Positions 33,250-45,991 of a DNA stretch of 64,000 nt are shown here, piece by piece (within the stretch, counting starts at the first letter, position 1; every line of letters begins with the position of its first letter). A program made the position numbers and the translations under genes. A model generated the notes under the pieces. That model saw nothing but the letters and a program-made list of their open reading frames with translations, was not told the origin of the DNA and made no database searches. Where the stretch lies: assembly GCA_977017575.1 (NCBI GenBank), contig CDRNVI010000105.1:36946-100945 (forward strand), given 5' to 3'. Origin of the DNA: Paramoeba atlantica (Eukaryota; Protista; Discosea).

Positions 33250-34835
33250 TTCTTAAAGTTTCCCTACTTTTGTAGACATTTCAAAAAGATGCGAAGGACC
33301 CTACTAGAGCACTTAATCATAAACAATTTTGTACATAACAAACCCCCAGAGCCACCATCATCAAAAATAATTCTCAAGAATTTCTCCTCATTGATGCAAA
33401 ACGTCTCTTTTAACGCCTTTTATTTTTGTTTTCGCATAGCCGCCCCCCTCTACCACCAATAAACGCATAAACATTTATCAGCCCCAATGCTACCAAGACC
33501 CTTCACAGACAGATTTGGAAGTTCCAAGGCCGACGTCCTCTACCAGTTTTCGCTTTTCCAAGGCGGCACCAACGTTATGTTACCAACACGCTGCTTCGAC
33601 GACTTGTATGACAACGCGGCCCACCCAAGAGGCTTAAACCGGGTAAGGGGGCCGGCTCCCTGATGGGAGGAGGGGAAGAAGAATCCAATCCAAAAAGAAG
33701 AAGAAGAGAAGAGAACCGGTTCCCTGATGGGAGCGCCCCTGGCGGCCGTCAGAGTACTGGGCCTAGTCGATTCTCAGCCCAGCCTCTTAGATCGAGGCCG
33801 CCGGGAATTATGCGATGAGCGGGTTCGAAACTTTGATCCCTGAAGGAAGAAGGAAGAAGGTTGCTCGACTAAATGATGCTTTCCAATGTAGGGAAGTTAC
33901 TTCGACAAGTGCTTGTGTAGGCTCTAGTTGAATCTTTAGTGTCTCAACGAGGTTCTGCCAATCTTAAAGCAGAGATTTAAGCCGGGCCGAGGGGTCTGGC
34001 CTTTATTTGGGTAGCTTCTACAGAGGAAAGCGGTGTAATTGTAGTTGGAGACGGTGGGCCTTACAACCTGCAGGTTGGGGGTTATATTCCCGATATCGAC
34101 AAAACTCGCAACCTGCCGGCCTCACTACAAAGGGAAAGCGACCAGGAGTGCCTTCAAGTCCCACACCCAACCCCAAATCAATCATTCCGGATTGCTCCGG
34201 ATGGCCACTGGCAAGCCAGACCCTTCACAGAAAGATTTGGAAGTTCCGAGGCCGACGTCCTCTATCAGTTTCCGCTTTTCCAAGGCGGCACCAACGTGCT
34301 GTTACCAACACGCTGCGTCGACGAACTGTACGTCAACACGGCTTACCCAAGAGGTGTAAGCCGGGTAAGGGAGCTCGTTCCCTGAGGGGAGGGTCCGGGA
34401 CGGTCCTCCGAGTACTGGGCCTAGTCGGTTATTAGCCCAGCCTCTTAGAGGGAGGCCGCCAGGAATATTTCGATGAGCGGGTTTGAACTCGCCGTCTGAG
34501 CACCACGTGCTTGAAACTTTGAATTCTTGCTGCTACTCCACCGCTCGGAAAAAGTCCGCTAGGAAGAAGGCCTCCCTCTGGAGGAACGACCCGGAACCGC
34601 AGAGCCGAACCAGGCTCCAGCGCAGCCGCCGAAAATTCATGCTGCTTACGCAAACGAGGTATGAGACACAGCCTACACGATGCAACGGGGTTGGACGCCC
34701 GTCCTGGTAGCTACGGTTGGGTACCCGTGCTCGGGCCGCAAGGCTTCGAGTGCCGTCTTGGAAGGGGGCAGCAAGACAATGAAGGTCGGTGGCTTGAGAC
34801 TCTACCCTAACGGTGCAGAGCCCTCGGTGTCTTTT

Positions 34836-34901
34836 CTTCTTCTTCTTCTTCTTCTTCTTCTTCTTCTTCTTCTTCTTCTTCTTCTTCTTCTTCTTCTTCT
34901 T

Positions 34902-34931
<30 letters not shown>
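34836..34931. repeat. (CTT)32, unit 9
   Basis: Directly visible. Confidence 0.99.
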
Positions 34932-34932
<1 letters not shown>

Positions 34933-35034
34933 TTCCCCAGAGTCCTGAAAGCTGGTTTGCAACTCTACTACCGCGTTTAACGAAAAGCCTAAATTGAAAT
35001 ATTATAGCCAAAAATAGCCGATTTTCGGGTAAAA

Positions 35035-35529
35035 ATGGGGTCATTTTTGTGTATTTGTTTTCATTCACGAAATCCGATATTTGCTCGTGGGAAATCACTC
35101 GTAGGCATGAATGAAAGCCTGCCGAACGTATTGGGTAAAGAATGCGACCCCAACCCCAAGAATGGCGACCTAATGTATGATGTGGACGCAAAGCTCAGGT
35201 TACTAAAATTCCATTCGTATAATATATATTTGTGCAAGGTAAAGGCGCACATTGGAAACAAATGGAATGAGGAGGCAGATGGTCTAGCACTTTTGGCATC
35301 ACGAAAAGTGGCACGGGCTCCGACCCAAAAAAGGAGAAAAACAACTGCTAACTCGGAGGATAGTGAGAATTCACAACCGTCATGGTCTTTGAAAGCCTTA
35401 CTCAAAAGGAAGTCCCTTGGAAATAAGCAAGCACGAGACATTCCATCATCGAAGCGCGAAGCTGAGGCGGAAGGGGTATTTCGAGGGAAGGTTGCGAGAG
35501 CTGGAGGTAATAGGAAACCGTCTAAGTAG
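35035..35529 (+). pseudogene. RNase H C-terminal fragment, unit 9
   Basis: Copy of 2962..3456. Confidence 0.8.
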
Positions 35530-36462
35530 GGAGAGAATTGATGGAATTATTTCTTTGCCAACTTAGAATGCCTTGAGGATTATTCATAGGTTATCGGAAA
35601 AATATTGTTTGTTTGTACCGTATCAGACACATATAAACTCTGAACGTGGAAGCGATAGATGAAAGCTTTCAAGGTGTAAACATTAAGTTTTTCAACCGAC
35701 TTTACGTCGGTCTTTTGGATTGGATATTGGATTGGACCCCAACCACACCATTCTTCCGACCCAAAAAGACCCCTTGAGGTCCGAAAAATACTTTTTCACC
35801 TATTTCAGTCGAAAATGGGTCATTTTGAGTGGCGCACCACGGCTCGAAGAAGAGATACCTTGAGAAACCAAAGGCCGAGAAAGCTAGTATAGGCCCCGAA
35901 CTATCAAAATACAACAGGGGAAAGAATATTGAAAAAATATTTTCTTTGCCAGTTTTTTCGCCAAGTTGAATTTTTTTTCAAAAACATCCGAACTTGGCGG
36001 ACCCGTCCTGCGGATACGAGGGGGGGCCACCCCCGGGTAGGGGGCGGAAAATAAGCGCCAACCCCGGCTACCCATTCTGCGGGTTTTTTTCGAAAAAAAA
36101 ATTTCAAAAAAAAAAATCGTGCGGTATGCCCCCCTGTGTTCCTCTTTATATTTTCACTGTTTTTGTTCACTCTTTTTTCAATAATCGAGGGTAGAGTGGT
36201 AGTTATACAACCACCGCAATATAATAATTAAGATATCGCCCAAAGCCCCACCATGAGCGGACAAAGAACCTGCCACTCAAATGCTTGAATTAGCGCTACC
36301 CGGCTTCACATGCGATAACTGAGTTTCGTTTTGCTCGAGAACTCACGAGATACACCTTGCCAGGGGACCCTCCAGTGTGAAGTGGGTTTCAAATCTTGAA
36401 CTCATCTTTTTTGATATTTTCAAAAATATTTACTCAGTCCGCTACTTTTTTAAAATAACAAA

Positions 36463-37224
36463 TTGATGAATTTCGGGCTTCAAGTTTCCAGCCCTCCCTC
36501 ATGCAAGGTATTTGTGGATGGGGTGCCAGATGTTGAAATCGAGGAAAGCGATATTTTCAAACAGAAGTTATGCGTCACGCCAAAACATCTCCAACGATCC
36601 TCCGTAATCCTGTTTTCTTCTCTTTCTCAACCCATAGGAATTTCCACGTCGAGCGGGGACCAATTCGTGTTAGACCCGGAGGGTGGAGCCGTTAACTTTA
36701 CTTGTGCGAGCATGTTGAGCATCACGTTTCACAATCTTTTAAAGAAGGAAGCAGAAAGTGTATGTAGAGATGTTCTTGGTCTTTTTCAAGACAATTTTGT
36801 TAATCCTTCATCTGGGGCCCTTTCATACGACTACGTGAGGAACCAGATTGATCAGAAATACCTTTTTAATGTTTTGAAGTTTCAGAGAATGGTTAAAAAT
36901 GCAGGCAACCCATTTTACCAATACCTTGGGAAAGACCTTTGCAGGTGGATAGTTTTGCATTCAAGTTCAAAAAAGCCCAATTTTGGATTTACACGAGGAA
37001 AAGAGTATAGTGATCTCTTAAAATTTTCTGTTAGCCAGATCATGGGGGAAGAAGTTGCGATGAGCGACCTTTATCAGCTGGTAAGGGGTGAGAAAACCTT
37101 TGATTTGCTCCTTTCTTCAAATTTTACTGTGTTGAAAAAGTTTCTTGTGAAATTTAATGCTGAGTTTCTTTGGTTTCAAGATGAGGCTTCAAAAAAGACA
37201 TTAATTTCCACAAATCCCCTTTGA
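36463..37224 (+). CDS. Orphan 253-aa protein, unit 10
   Basis: Copy of 418..1179. Confidence 0.7.
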   Translation: MMNFGLQVSSPPSCKVFVDGVPDVEIEESDIFKQKLCVTPKHLQRSSVILFSSLSQPIGISTSSGDQFVLDPEGGAVNFTCASMLSITFHNLLKKEAESVCRDVLGLFQDNFVNPSSGALSYDYVRNQIDQKYLFNVLKFQRMVKNAGNPFYQYLGKDLCRWIVLHSSSKKPNFGFTRGKEYSDLLKFSVSQIMGEEVAMSDLYQLVRGEKTFDLLLSSNFTVLKKFLVKFNAEFLWFQDEASKKTLISTNPL

Positions 37225-38810
37225 TTCTTAAAGTTTCCCTACTTTTGTAGACATTTCAAAAAGATGCGAAGGACCCTACTAGAGCACTTAATCATAAACA
37301 ATTTTGTACATAACAAACCCCCAGAGCCACCATCATCAAAAATAATTCTCAAGAATTTCTCCTCATTGATGCAAAACGTCTCTTTTAACGCCTTTTATTT
37401 TTGTTTTCGCATAGCCGCCCCCCTCTACCACCAATAAACGCATAAACATTTATCAGCCCCAATGCTACCAAGACCCTTCACAGACAGATTTGGAAGTTCC
37501 AAGGCCGACGTCCTCTACCAGTTTTCGCTTTTCCAAGGCGGCACCAACGTTATGTTACCAACACGCTGCTTCGACGACTTGTATGACAACGCGGCCCACC
37601 CAAGAGGCTTAAACCGGGTAAGGGGGCCGGCTCCCTGATGGGAGGAGGGGAAGAAGAATCCAATCCAAAAAGAAGAAGAAGAGAAGAGAACCGGTTCCCT
37701 GATGGGAGCGCCCCTGGCGGCCGTCAGAGTACTGGGCCTAGTCGATTCTCAGCCCAGCCTCTTAGATCGAGGCCGCCGGGAATTATGCGATGAGCGGGTT
37801 CGAAACTTTGATCCCTGAAGGAAGAAGGAAGAAGGTTGCTCGACTAAATGATGCTTTCCAATGTAGGGAAGTTACTTCGACAAGTGCTTGTGTAGGCTCT
37901 AGTTGAATCTTTAGTGTCTCAACGAGGTTCTGCCAATCTTAAAGCAGAGATTTAAGCCGGGCCGAGGGGTCTGGCCTTTATTTGGGTAGCTTCTACAGAG
38001 GAAAGCGGTGTAATTGTAGTTGGAGACGGTGGGCCTTACAACCTGCAGGTTGGGGGTTATATTCCCGATATCGACAAAACTCGCAACCTGCCGGCCTCAC
38101 TACAAAGGGAAAGCGACCAGGAGTGCCTTCAAGTCCCACACCCAACCCCAAATCAATCATTCCGGATTGCTCCGGATGGCCACTGGCAAGCCAGACCCTT
38201 CACAGAAAGATTTGGAAGTTCCGAGGCCGACGTCCTCTATCAGTTTCCGCTTTTCCAAGGCGGCACCAACGTGCTGTTACCAACACGCTGCGTCGACGAA
38301 CTGTACGTCAACACGGCTTACCCAAGAGGTGTAAGCCGGGTAAGGGAGCTCGTTCCCTGAGGGGAGGGTCTGGGACGGTCCTCCGAGTACTGGGCCTAGT
38401 CGGTTATTAGCCCAGCCTCTTAGAGGGAGGCCGCCAGGAATATTTCGATGAGCGGGTTTGAACTCGCCGTCTGAGCACCACGTGCTTGAAACTTTGAATT
38501 CTTGCTGCTACTCCACCGCTCGGAAAAAGTCCGCTAGGAAGAAGGCCTCCCTCTGGAGGAACGACCCGGAACCGCAGAGCCGAACCAGGCTCCAGCGCAG
38601 CCGCCGAAAATTCATGCTGCTTACGCAAACGAGGCATGAGACACAGCCTACACGATGCAACGGGGTTGGGCGCCCGTCCTGGTAGCTACGGTTGGGTACC
38701 CGTGCTCGGGCCGCAAGGCTTCGAGTGCCGTCTTGGAAGGGGGCAGCAAGACAATGAAGGTCGGTGGCTTGAGACTCTACCCTAACGGTGCAGAGCCCTC
38801 GGTGTCTTTT

Positions 38811-38873
38811 CTTCTTCTTCTTCTTCTTCTTCTTCTTCTTCTTCTTCTTCTTCTTCTTCTTCTTCTTCTTCTT

Positions 38874-38903
<30 letters not shown>
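38811..38903. repeat. (CTT)31, unit 10
   Basis: Directly visible. Confidence 0.99.
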
Positions 38904-38904
<1 letters not shown>

Positions 38905-39006
38905 TTCCCCAGAGTCCTGAAAGCTGGTTTGCAACTCTACTACCGCGTTTAACGAAAAGCCTAAATTGAAATATTATAGCCAAAAATAGCCGATTTTCGG
39001 GTAAAA

Positions 39007-39501
39007 ATGGGGTCATTTTTGTGTATTTGTTTTCATTCACGAAATCCGATATTTGCTCGTGGGAAATCACTCGTAGGCATGAATGAAAGCCTGCCGAACG
39101 TATTGGGTAAAGAATGCGACCCCAACCCCAAGAATGGCGACCTAATGTATGATGTGGACGCAAAGCTCAGGTTACTAAAATTCCATTCGTATAATATATA
39201 TTTGTGCAAGGTAAAGGCGCACATTGGAAACAAATGGAATGAGGAGGCAGATGGTCTAGCACTTTTGGCATCACGAAAAGTGGCACGGGCTCCGACCCAA
39301 AAAAGGAGAAAAACAACTGCTAACTCGGAGGATAGTGAGAATTCACAACCGTCATGGTCTTTGAAAGCCTTACTCAAAAGGAAGTCCCTTGGAAATAAGC
39401 AAGCACGAGACATTCCATCATCGAAGCGCGAAGCTGAGGCGGAAGGGGTATTTCGAGGGAAGGTTGCGAGAGCTGGAGGTAATAGGAAACCGTCTAAGTA
39501 G
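39007..39501 (+). pseudogene. RNase H C-terminal fragment, unit 10
   Basis: Copy of 2962..3456. Confidence 0.8.
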
Positions 39502-39547
39502 GGAGAGAATTGATGGAATTATTTCTTTGCCAACTTAGAATGCCTTG

Positions 39548-39948
39548 GTTCTGAGCCTTGCTCAGGCTCAGAAAGGGGAGAGTGGGGGGAGGGTTAGTTC
39601 AAAAACTATTCAGACTATGAATCGTCCTCGAAAAAATTGTAGCCAAATTCCTAAGCCATTAGGTAAGAGACGAGATTACTTCAAGACTGTGGTAGGTGAT
39701 CCCCTCCCCAAAAAGGGTACCTCGCCTCCTGTAGATGCCGGAATGAATTCTACCGGGGAGAATGAATGCTTGCCTGAAGAACCTGACTCCGAAAATAAAA
39801 ACTCGCAGGAAGGACGTTCCACGCCCGGTTCAAAGGCCAAGGAGCATAAAAGTGCAGGTTCACCGGATAGTAAGACGTTGAAACGCAAAAATGACAGATG
39901 TACTCTTAACCGATGAAAATCGGTATTATTGGATTGGATTGGATTGGA
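39548..39948 (+). mobile_element. Same 401-bp insertion, unit 10
   Basis: TSD at 39535-39547 and 39949-39961. Appears identical to the unit 7 copy (same 123-aa ORF). Confidence 0.9.
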
Positions 39949-40834
39949 TTAGAATGCCTTGAGGATTATTCATAGGTTATCGGAAAAATATTGTTTGTTT
40001 GTACCGTATCAGACACATATAAACTCTGAACGTGGAAGCGATAGATGAAAGCTTTCAAGGTGTAAACATTAAGTTTTTCAACCGACTTTACGTCGGTCTT
40101 TTGGATTGGATATTGGATTGGACCCCAACCACACCATTCTTCCGACCCAAAAAGACCCCTTGAGGTCCGAAAAATACTTTTTCACCTATTTCAGTCGAAA
40201 ATGGGTCATTTTGAGTGGCGCACCACGGCTCGAAGAAGAGATACCTTGAGAAACCAAAGGCCGAGAAAGCTAGTATAGGCCCCGAACTATCAAAATACAA
40301 CAGGGGAAAGAATATTGAAAAAATATTTTCTTTGCCAGTTTTTTCGCCAAGTTGAATTTTTTTTCAAAAACATCCGAACTTGGCGGACCCGTCCTGCGGA
40401 TACGAGGGGGGGCCACCCCCGGGTAGGGGGCGGAAAATAAGCGCCAACCCCGGCTACCCCTTCTGCGGGTTTTTTTCGAAAAAAAAAATCGTGCGGTATG
40501 CCCCCCTGTGTTCCTCTTTATATTTTCACTGTTTTTGTTCACTCTTTTTTCAATAATCGAGGGTAGAGTGGTAGTTATACAACCACCGCAATATAATAAT
40601 TAAGATATCGCCCAAAGCCCCACCATGAGCGGACAAAGAACCTGCCACTCAAATGCTTGAATTAGCGCTACCCGGCTTCACATGCGATAACTGAGTTTCG
40701 TTTTGCTCGAGAACTCACGAGATACACCTTGCCAGGGGACCCTCCAGTGTGAAGTGGGTTTCAAATCTTGAACTCATCTTTTTTGATATTTTCAAAAATA
40801 TTTACTCAGTCCGCTACTTTTTTAAAATAACAAA

Positions 40835-41596
40835 TTGATGAATTTCGGGCTTCAAGTTTCCAGCCCTCCCTCATGCAAGGTATTTGTGGATGGGGTGCCA
40901 GATGTTGAAATCGAGGAAAGCGATATTTTCAAACAGAAGTTATGCGTCACGCCAAAACATCTCCAACGATCCTCCGTAATCCTGTTTTCTTCTCTTTCTC
41001 AACCCATAGGAATTTCCACGTCGAGCGGGGACCAATTCGTGTTAGACCCGGAGGGTGGAGCCGTTAACTTTACTTGTGCGAGCATGTTGAGCATCACGTT
41101 TCACAATCTTTTAAAGAAGGAAGCAGAAAGTGTATGTAGAGATGTTCTTGGTCTTTTTCAAGACAATTTTGTTAATCCTTCATCTGGGGCCCTTTCATAC
41201 GACTACGTGAGGAACCAGATTGATCAGAAATACCTTTTTAATGTTTTGAAGTTTCAGAGAATGGTTAAAAATGCAGGCAACCCATTTTACCAATACCTTG
41301 GGAAAGACCTTTGCAGGTGGATAGTTTTGCATTCAAGTTCAAAAAAGCCCAATTTTGGATTTACACGAGGAAAAGAGTATAGTGATCTCTTAAAATTTTC
41401 TGTTAGCCAGATCATGGGGGAAGAAGTTGCGATGAGCGACCTTTATCAGCTGGTAAGGGGTGAGAAAACCTTTGATTTGCTCCTTTCTTCAAATTTTACT
41501 GTGTTGAAAAAGTTTCTTGTGAAATTTAATGCTGAGTTTCTTTGGTTTCAAGATGAGGCTTCAAAAAAGACATTAATTTCCACAAATCCCCTTTGA
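40835..41596 (+). CDS. Orphan 253-aa protein, unit 11
   Basis: Copy of 418..1179. Confidence 0.7.
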   Translation: MMNFGLQVSSPPSCKVFVDGVPDVEIEESDIFKQKLCVTPKHLQRSSVILFSSLSQPIGISTSSGDQFVLDPEGGAVNFTCASMLSITFHNLLKKEAESVCRDVLGLFQDNFVNPSSGALSYDYVRNQIDQKYLFNVLKFQRMVKNAGNPFYQYLGKDLCRWIVLHSSSKKPNFGFTRGKEYSDLLKFSVSQIMGEEVAMSDLYQLVRGEKTFDLLLSSNFTVLKKFLVKFNAEFLWFQDEASKKTLISTNPL

Positions 41597-43182
41597 TTCT
41601 TAAAGTTTCCCTACTTTTGTAGACATTTCAAAAAGATGCGAAGGACCCTACTAGAGCACTTAATCATAAACAATTTTGTACATAACAAACCCCCAGAGCC
41701 ACCATCATCAAAAATAATTCTCAAGAATTTCTCCTCATTGATGCAAAACGTCTCTTTTAACGCCTTTTATTTTTGTTTTCGCATAGCCGCCCCCCTCTAC
41801 CACCAATAAACGCATAAACATTTATCAGCCCCAATGCTACCAAGACCCTTCACAGACAGATTTGGAAGTTCCAAGGCCGACGTCCTCTACCAGTTTTCGC
41901 TTTTCCAAGGCGGCACCAACGTTATGTTACCAACACGCTGCTTCGACGACTTGTATGACAACGCGGCCCACCCAAGAGGCTTAAACCGGGTAAGGGGGCC
42001 GGCTCCCTGATGGGAGGAGGGGAAGAAGAATCCAATCCAAAAAGAAGAAGAAGAGAAGAGAACCGGTTCCCTGATGGGAGCGCCCCTGGCGGCCGTCAGA
42101 GTACTGGGCCTAGTCGATTCTCAGCCCAGCCTCTTAGATCGAGGCCGCCGGGAATTATGCGATGAGCGGGTTCGAAACTTTGATCCCTGAAGGAAGAAGG
42201 AAGAAGGTTGCTCGACTAAATGATGCTTTCCAATGTAGGGAAGTTACTTCGACAAGTGCTTGTGTAGGCTCTAGTTGAATCTTTAGTGTCTCAACGAGGT
42301 TCTGCCAATCTTAAAGCAGAGATTTAAGCCGGGCCGAGGGGTCTGGCCTTTATTTGGGTAGCTTCTACAGAGGAAAGCGGTGTAATTGTAGTTGGAGACG
42401 GTGGGCCTTACAACCTGCAGGTTGGGGGTTATATTCCCGATATCGACAAAACTCGCAACCTGCCGGCCTCACTACAAAGGGAAAGCGACCAGGAGTGCCT
42501 TCAAGTCCCACACCCAACCCCAAATCAATCATTCCGGATTGCTCCGGATGGCCACTGGCAAGCCAGACCCTTCACAGAAAGATTTGGAAGTTCCGAGGCC
42601 GACGTCCTCTATCAGTTTCCGCTTTTCCAAGGCGGCACCAACGTGCTGTTACCAACACGCTGCGTCGACGAACTGTACGTCAACACGGCTTACCCAAGAG
42701 GTGTAAGCCGGGTAAGGGAGCTCGTTCCCTGAGGGGAGGGTCTGGGACGGTCCTCCGAGTACTGGGCCTAGTCGGTTATTAGCCCAGCCTCTTAGAGGGA
42801 GGCCGCCAGGAATATTTCGATGAGCGGGTTTGAACTCGCCGTCTGAGCACCACGTGCTTGAAACTTTGAATTCTTGCTGCTACTCCACCGCTCGGAAAAA
42901 GTCCGCTAGGAAGAAGGCCTCCCTCTGGAGGAACGACCCGGAACCGCAGAGCCGAACCAGGCTCCAGCGCAGCCGCCGAAAATTCATGCTGCTTACGCAA
43001 ACGAGGCATGAGACACAGCCTACACGATGCAACGGGGTTGGGCGCCCGTCCTGGTAGCTACGGTTGGGTACCCGTGCTCGGGCCGCAAGGCTTCGAGTGC
43101 CGTCTTGGAAGGGGGCAGCAAGACAATGAAGGTCGGTGGCTTGAGACTCTACCCTAAAGGTGCAGAGCCCTCGGTGTCTTTT

Positions 43183-43254
43183 CTTCTTCTTCTTCTTCTT
43201 CTTCTTCTTCTTCTTCTTCTTCTTCTTCTTCTTCTTCTTCTTCTTCTTCTTCTT

Positions 43255-43284
<30 letters not shown>
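43183..43284. repeat. (CTT)34, unit 11
   Basis: Directly visible. Confidence 0.99.
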
Positions 43285-43285
<1 letters not shown>

Positions 43286-43387
43286 TTCCCCAGAGTCCTG
43301 AAAGCTGGTTTGCAACTCTACTACCGCGTTTAACGAAAAGCCTAAATTGAAATATTATAGCCAAAAATAGCCGATTTTCGGGTAAAA

Positions 43388-43882
43388 ATGGGGTCATTTT
43401 TGTGTATTTGTTTTCATTCACGAAATCCGATATTTGCTCGTGGGAAATCACTCGTAGGCATGAATGAAAGCCTGCCGAACGTATTGGGTAAAGAATGCGA
43501 CCCCAACCCCAAGAATGGCGACCTAATGTATGATGTGGACGCAAAGCTCAGGTTACTAAAATTCCATTCGTATAATATATATTTGTGCAAGGTAAAGGCG
43601 CACATTGGAAACAAATGGAATGAGGAGGCAGATGGTCTAGCACTTTTGGCATCACGAAAAGTGGCACGGGCTCCGACCCAAAAAAGGAGAAAAACAACTG
43701 CTAACTCGGAGGATAGTGAGAATTCACAACCGTCATGGTCTTTGAAAGCCTTACTCAAAAGGAAGTCCCTTGGAAATAAGCAAGCACGAGACATTCCATC
43801 ATCGAAGCGCGAAGCTGAGGCGGAAGGGGTATTTCGAGGGAAGGTTGCGAGAGCTGGAGGTAATAGGAAACCGTCTAAGTAG
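43388..43882 (+). pseudogene. RNase H C-terminal fragment, unit 11
   Basis: Copy of 2962..3456. Confidence 0.8.
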
Positions 43883-43928
43883 GGAGAGAATTGATGGAAT
43901 TATTTCTTTGCCAACTTAGAATGCCTTG

Positions 43929-44329
43929 GTTCTGAGCCTTGCTCAGGCTCAGAAAGGGGAGAGTGGGGGGAGGGTTAGTTCAAAAACTATTCAGACTATG
44001 AATCGTCCTCGAAAAAATTGTAGCCAAATTCCTAAGCCATTAGGTAAGAGACGAGATTACTTCAAGACTGTGGTAGGTGATCCCCTCCCCAAAAAGGGTA
44101 CCTCGCCTCCTGTAGATGCCGGAATGAATTCTACCGGGGAGAATGAATGCTTGCCTGAAGAACCTGACTCCGAAAATAAAAACTCGCAGGAAGGACGTTC
44201 CACGCCCGGTTCAAAGGCCAAGGAGCATAAAAGTGCAGGTTCACCGGATAGTAAGACGTTGAAACGCAAAAATGACAGATGTACTCTTAACCGATGAAAA
44301 TCGGTATTATTGGATTGGATTGGATTGGA
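43929..44329 (+). mobile_element. Same 401-bp insertion, unit 11
   Basis: TSD at 43916-43928 and 44330-44342. Appears identical to the unit 7 copy. Confidence 0.9.
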
Positions 44330-45229
44330 TTAGAATGCCTTGAGGATTATTCATAGGTTATCGGAAAAATATTGTTTGTTTGTACCGTATCAGACACATA
44401 TAAACTCTGAACGTGGAAGCGATAGATGAAAGCTTTCAAGGTGTAAACATTAAGTTTTTCAACCGACTTTACGTCGGTCTTTTGGATTGGATATTGGATT
44501 GGACCCCAACCACACCATTCTTCCGACCCAAAAAGACCCCTTGAGGTCCGAAAAATACTTTTTCACCTATTTCAGTCGAAAATGGGTCATTTTGAGTGGC
44601 GCACCACGGCTCGAAGAAGAGATACCTTGAGAAACCAAAGGCCGAGAAAGCTAGTATAGGCCCCGAACTATCAAAATACAACAGGGGAAAGAATATTGAA
44701 AAAATATTTTCTTTGCCAGTTTTTTCGCCAAGTTGAATTTTTTTTCAAAAACATCCGAACTTGGCGGACCCGTCCTGCGGATACGAGGGGGGGCCACCCC
44801 CGGGTAGGGGGCGGAAAATAAGCGCCAACCCCGGCTACCCATTCTGCGGGTTTTTTTCGAAAAAAAAATTTCAAAAAAAAAAATCGTGCGGTATGCCCCC
44901 CTGTGTTCCTCTTTATATTTTCACTGTTTTTGTTCACTCTTTTTTCAATAATCGAGGGTAGAGTGGTAGTTATACAACCACCGCAATATAATAATTAAGA
45001 TATCGCCCAAAGCCCCACCATGAGCGGACAAAGAACCTGCCACTCAAATGCTTGAATTAGCGCTACCCGGCTTCACATGCGATAACTGAGTTTCGTTTTG
45101 CTCGAGAACTCACGAGATACACCTTGCCAGGGGACCCTCCAGTGTGAAGTGGGTTTCAAATCTTGAACTCATCTTTTTTGATATTTTCAAAAATATTTAC
45201 TCAGTCCGCTACTTTTTTAAAATAACAAA

Positions 45230-45991
45230 TTGATGAATTTCGGGCTTCAAGTTTCCAGCCCTCCCTCATGCAAGGTATTTGTGGATGGGGTGCCAGATGT
45301 TGAAATCGAGGAAAGCGATATTTTCAAACAGAAGTTATGCGTCACGCCAAAACATCTCCAACGATCCTCCGTAATCCTGTTTTCTTCTCTTTCTCAACCC
45401 ATAGGAATTTCCACGTCGAGCGGGGACCAATTCGTGTTAGACCCGGAGGGTGGAGCCGTTAACTTTACTTGTGCGAGCATGTTGAGCATCACGTTTCACA
45501 ATCTTTTAAAGAAGGAAGCAGAAAGTGTATGTAGAGATGTTCTTGGTCTTTTTCAAGACAATTTTGTTAATCCTTCATCTGGGGCCCTTTCATACGACTA
45601 CGTGAGGAACCAGATTGATCAGAAATACCTTTTTAATGTTTTGAAGTTTCAGAGAATGGTTAAAAATGCAGGCAACCCATTTTACCAATACCTTGGGAAA
45701 GACCTTTGCAGGTGGATAGTTTTGCATTCAAGTTCAAAAAAGCCCAATTTTGGATTTACACGAGGAAAAGAGTATAGTGATCTCTTAAAATTTTCTGTTA
45801 GCCAGATCATGGGGGAAGAAGTTGCGATGAGCGACCTTTATCAGCTGGTAAGGGGTGAGAAAACCTTTGATTTGCTCCTTTCTTCAAATTTTACTGTGTT
45901 GAAAAAGTTTCTTGTGAAATTTAATGCTGAGTTTCTTTGGTTTCAAGATGAGGCTTCAAAAAAGACATTATTTTCCACAAATCCCCTTTGA
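45230..45991 (+). CDS. Orphan 253-aa protein, unit 12 (I248F)
   Basis: Copy of 418..1179. Confidence 0.7.
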   Translation: MMNFGLQVSSPPSCKVFVDGVPDVEIEESDIFKQKLCVTPKHLQRSSVILFSSLSQPIGISTSSGDQFVLDPEGGAVNFTCASMLSITFHNLLKKEAESVCRDVLGLFQDNFVNPSSGALSYDYVRNQIDQKYLFNVLKFQRMVKNAGNPFYQYLGKDLCRWIVLHSSSKKPNFGFTRGKEYSDLLKFSVSQIMGEEVAMSDLYQLVRGEKTFDLLLSSNFTVLKKFLVKFNAEFLWFQDEASKKTLFSTNPL

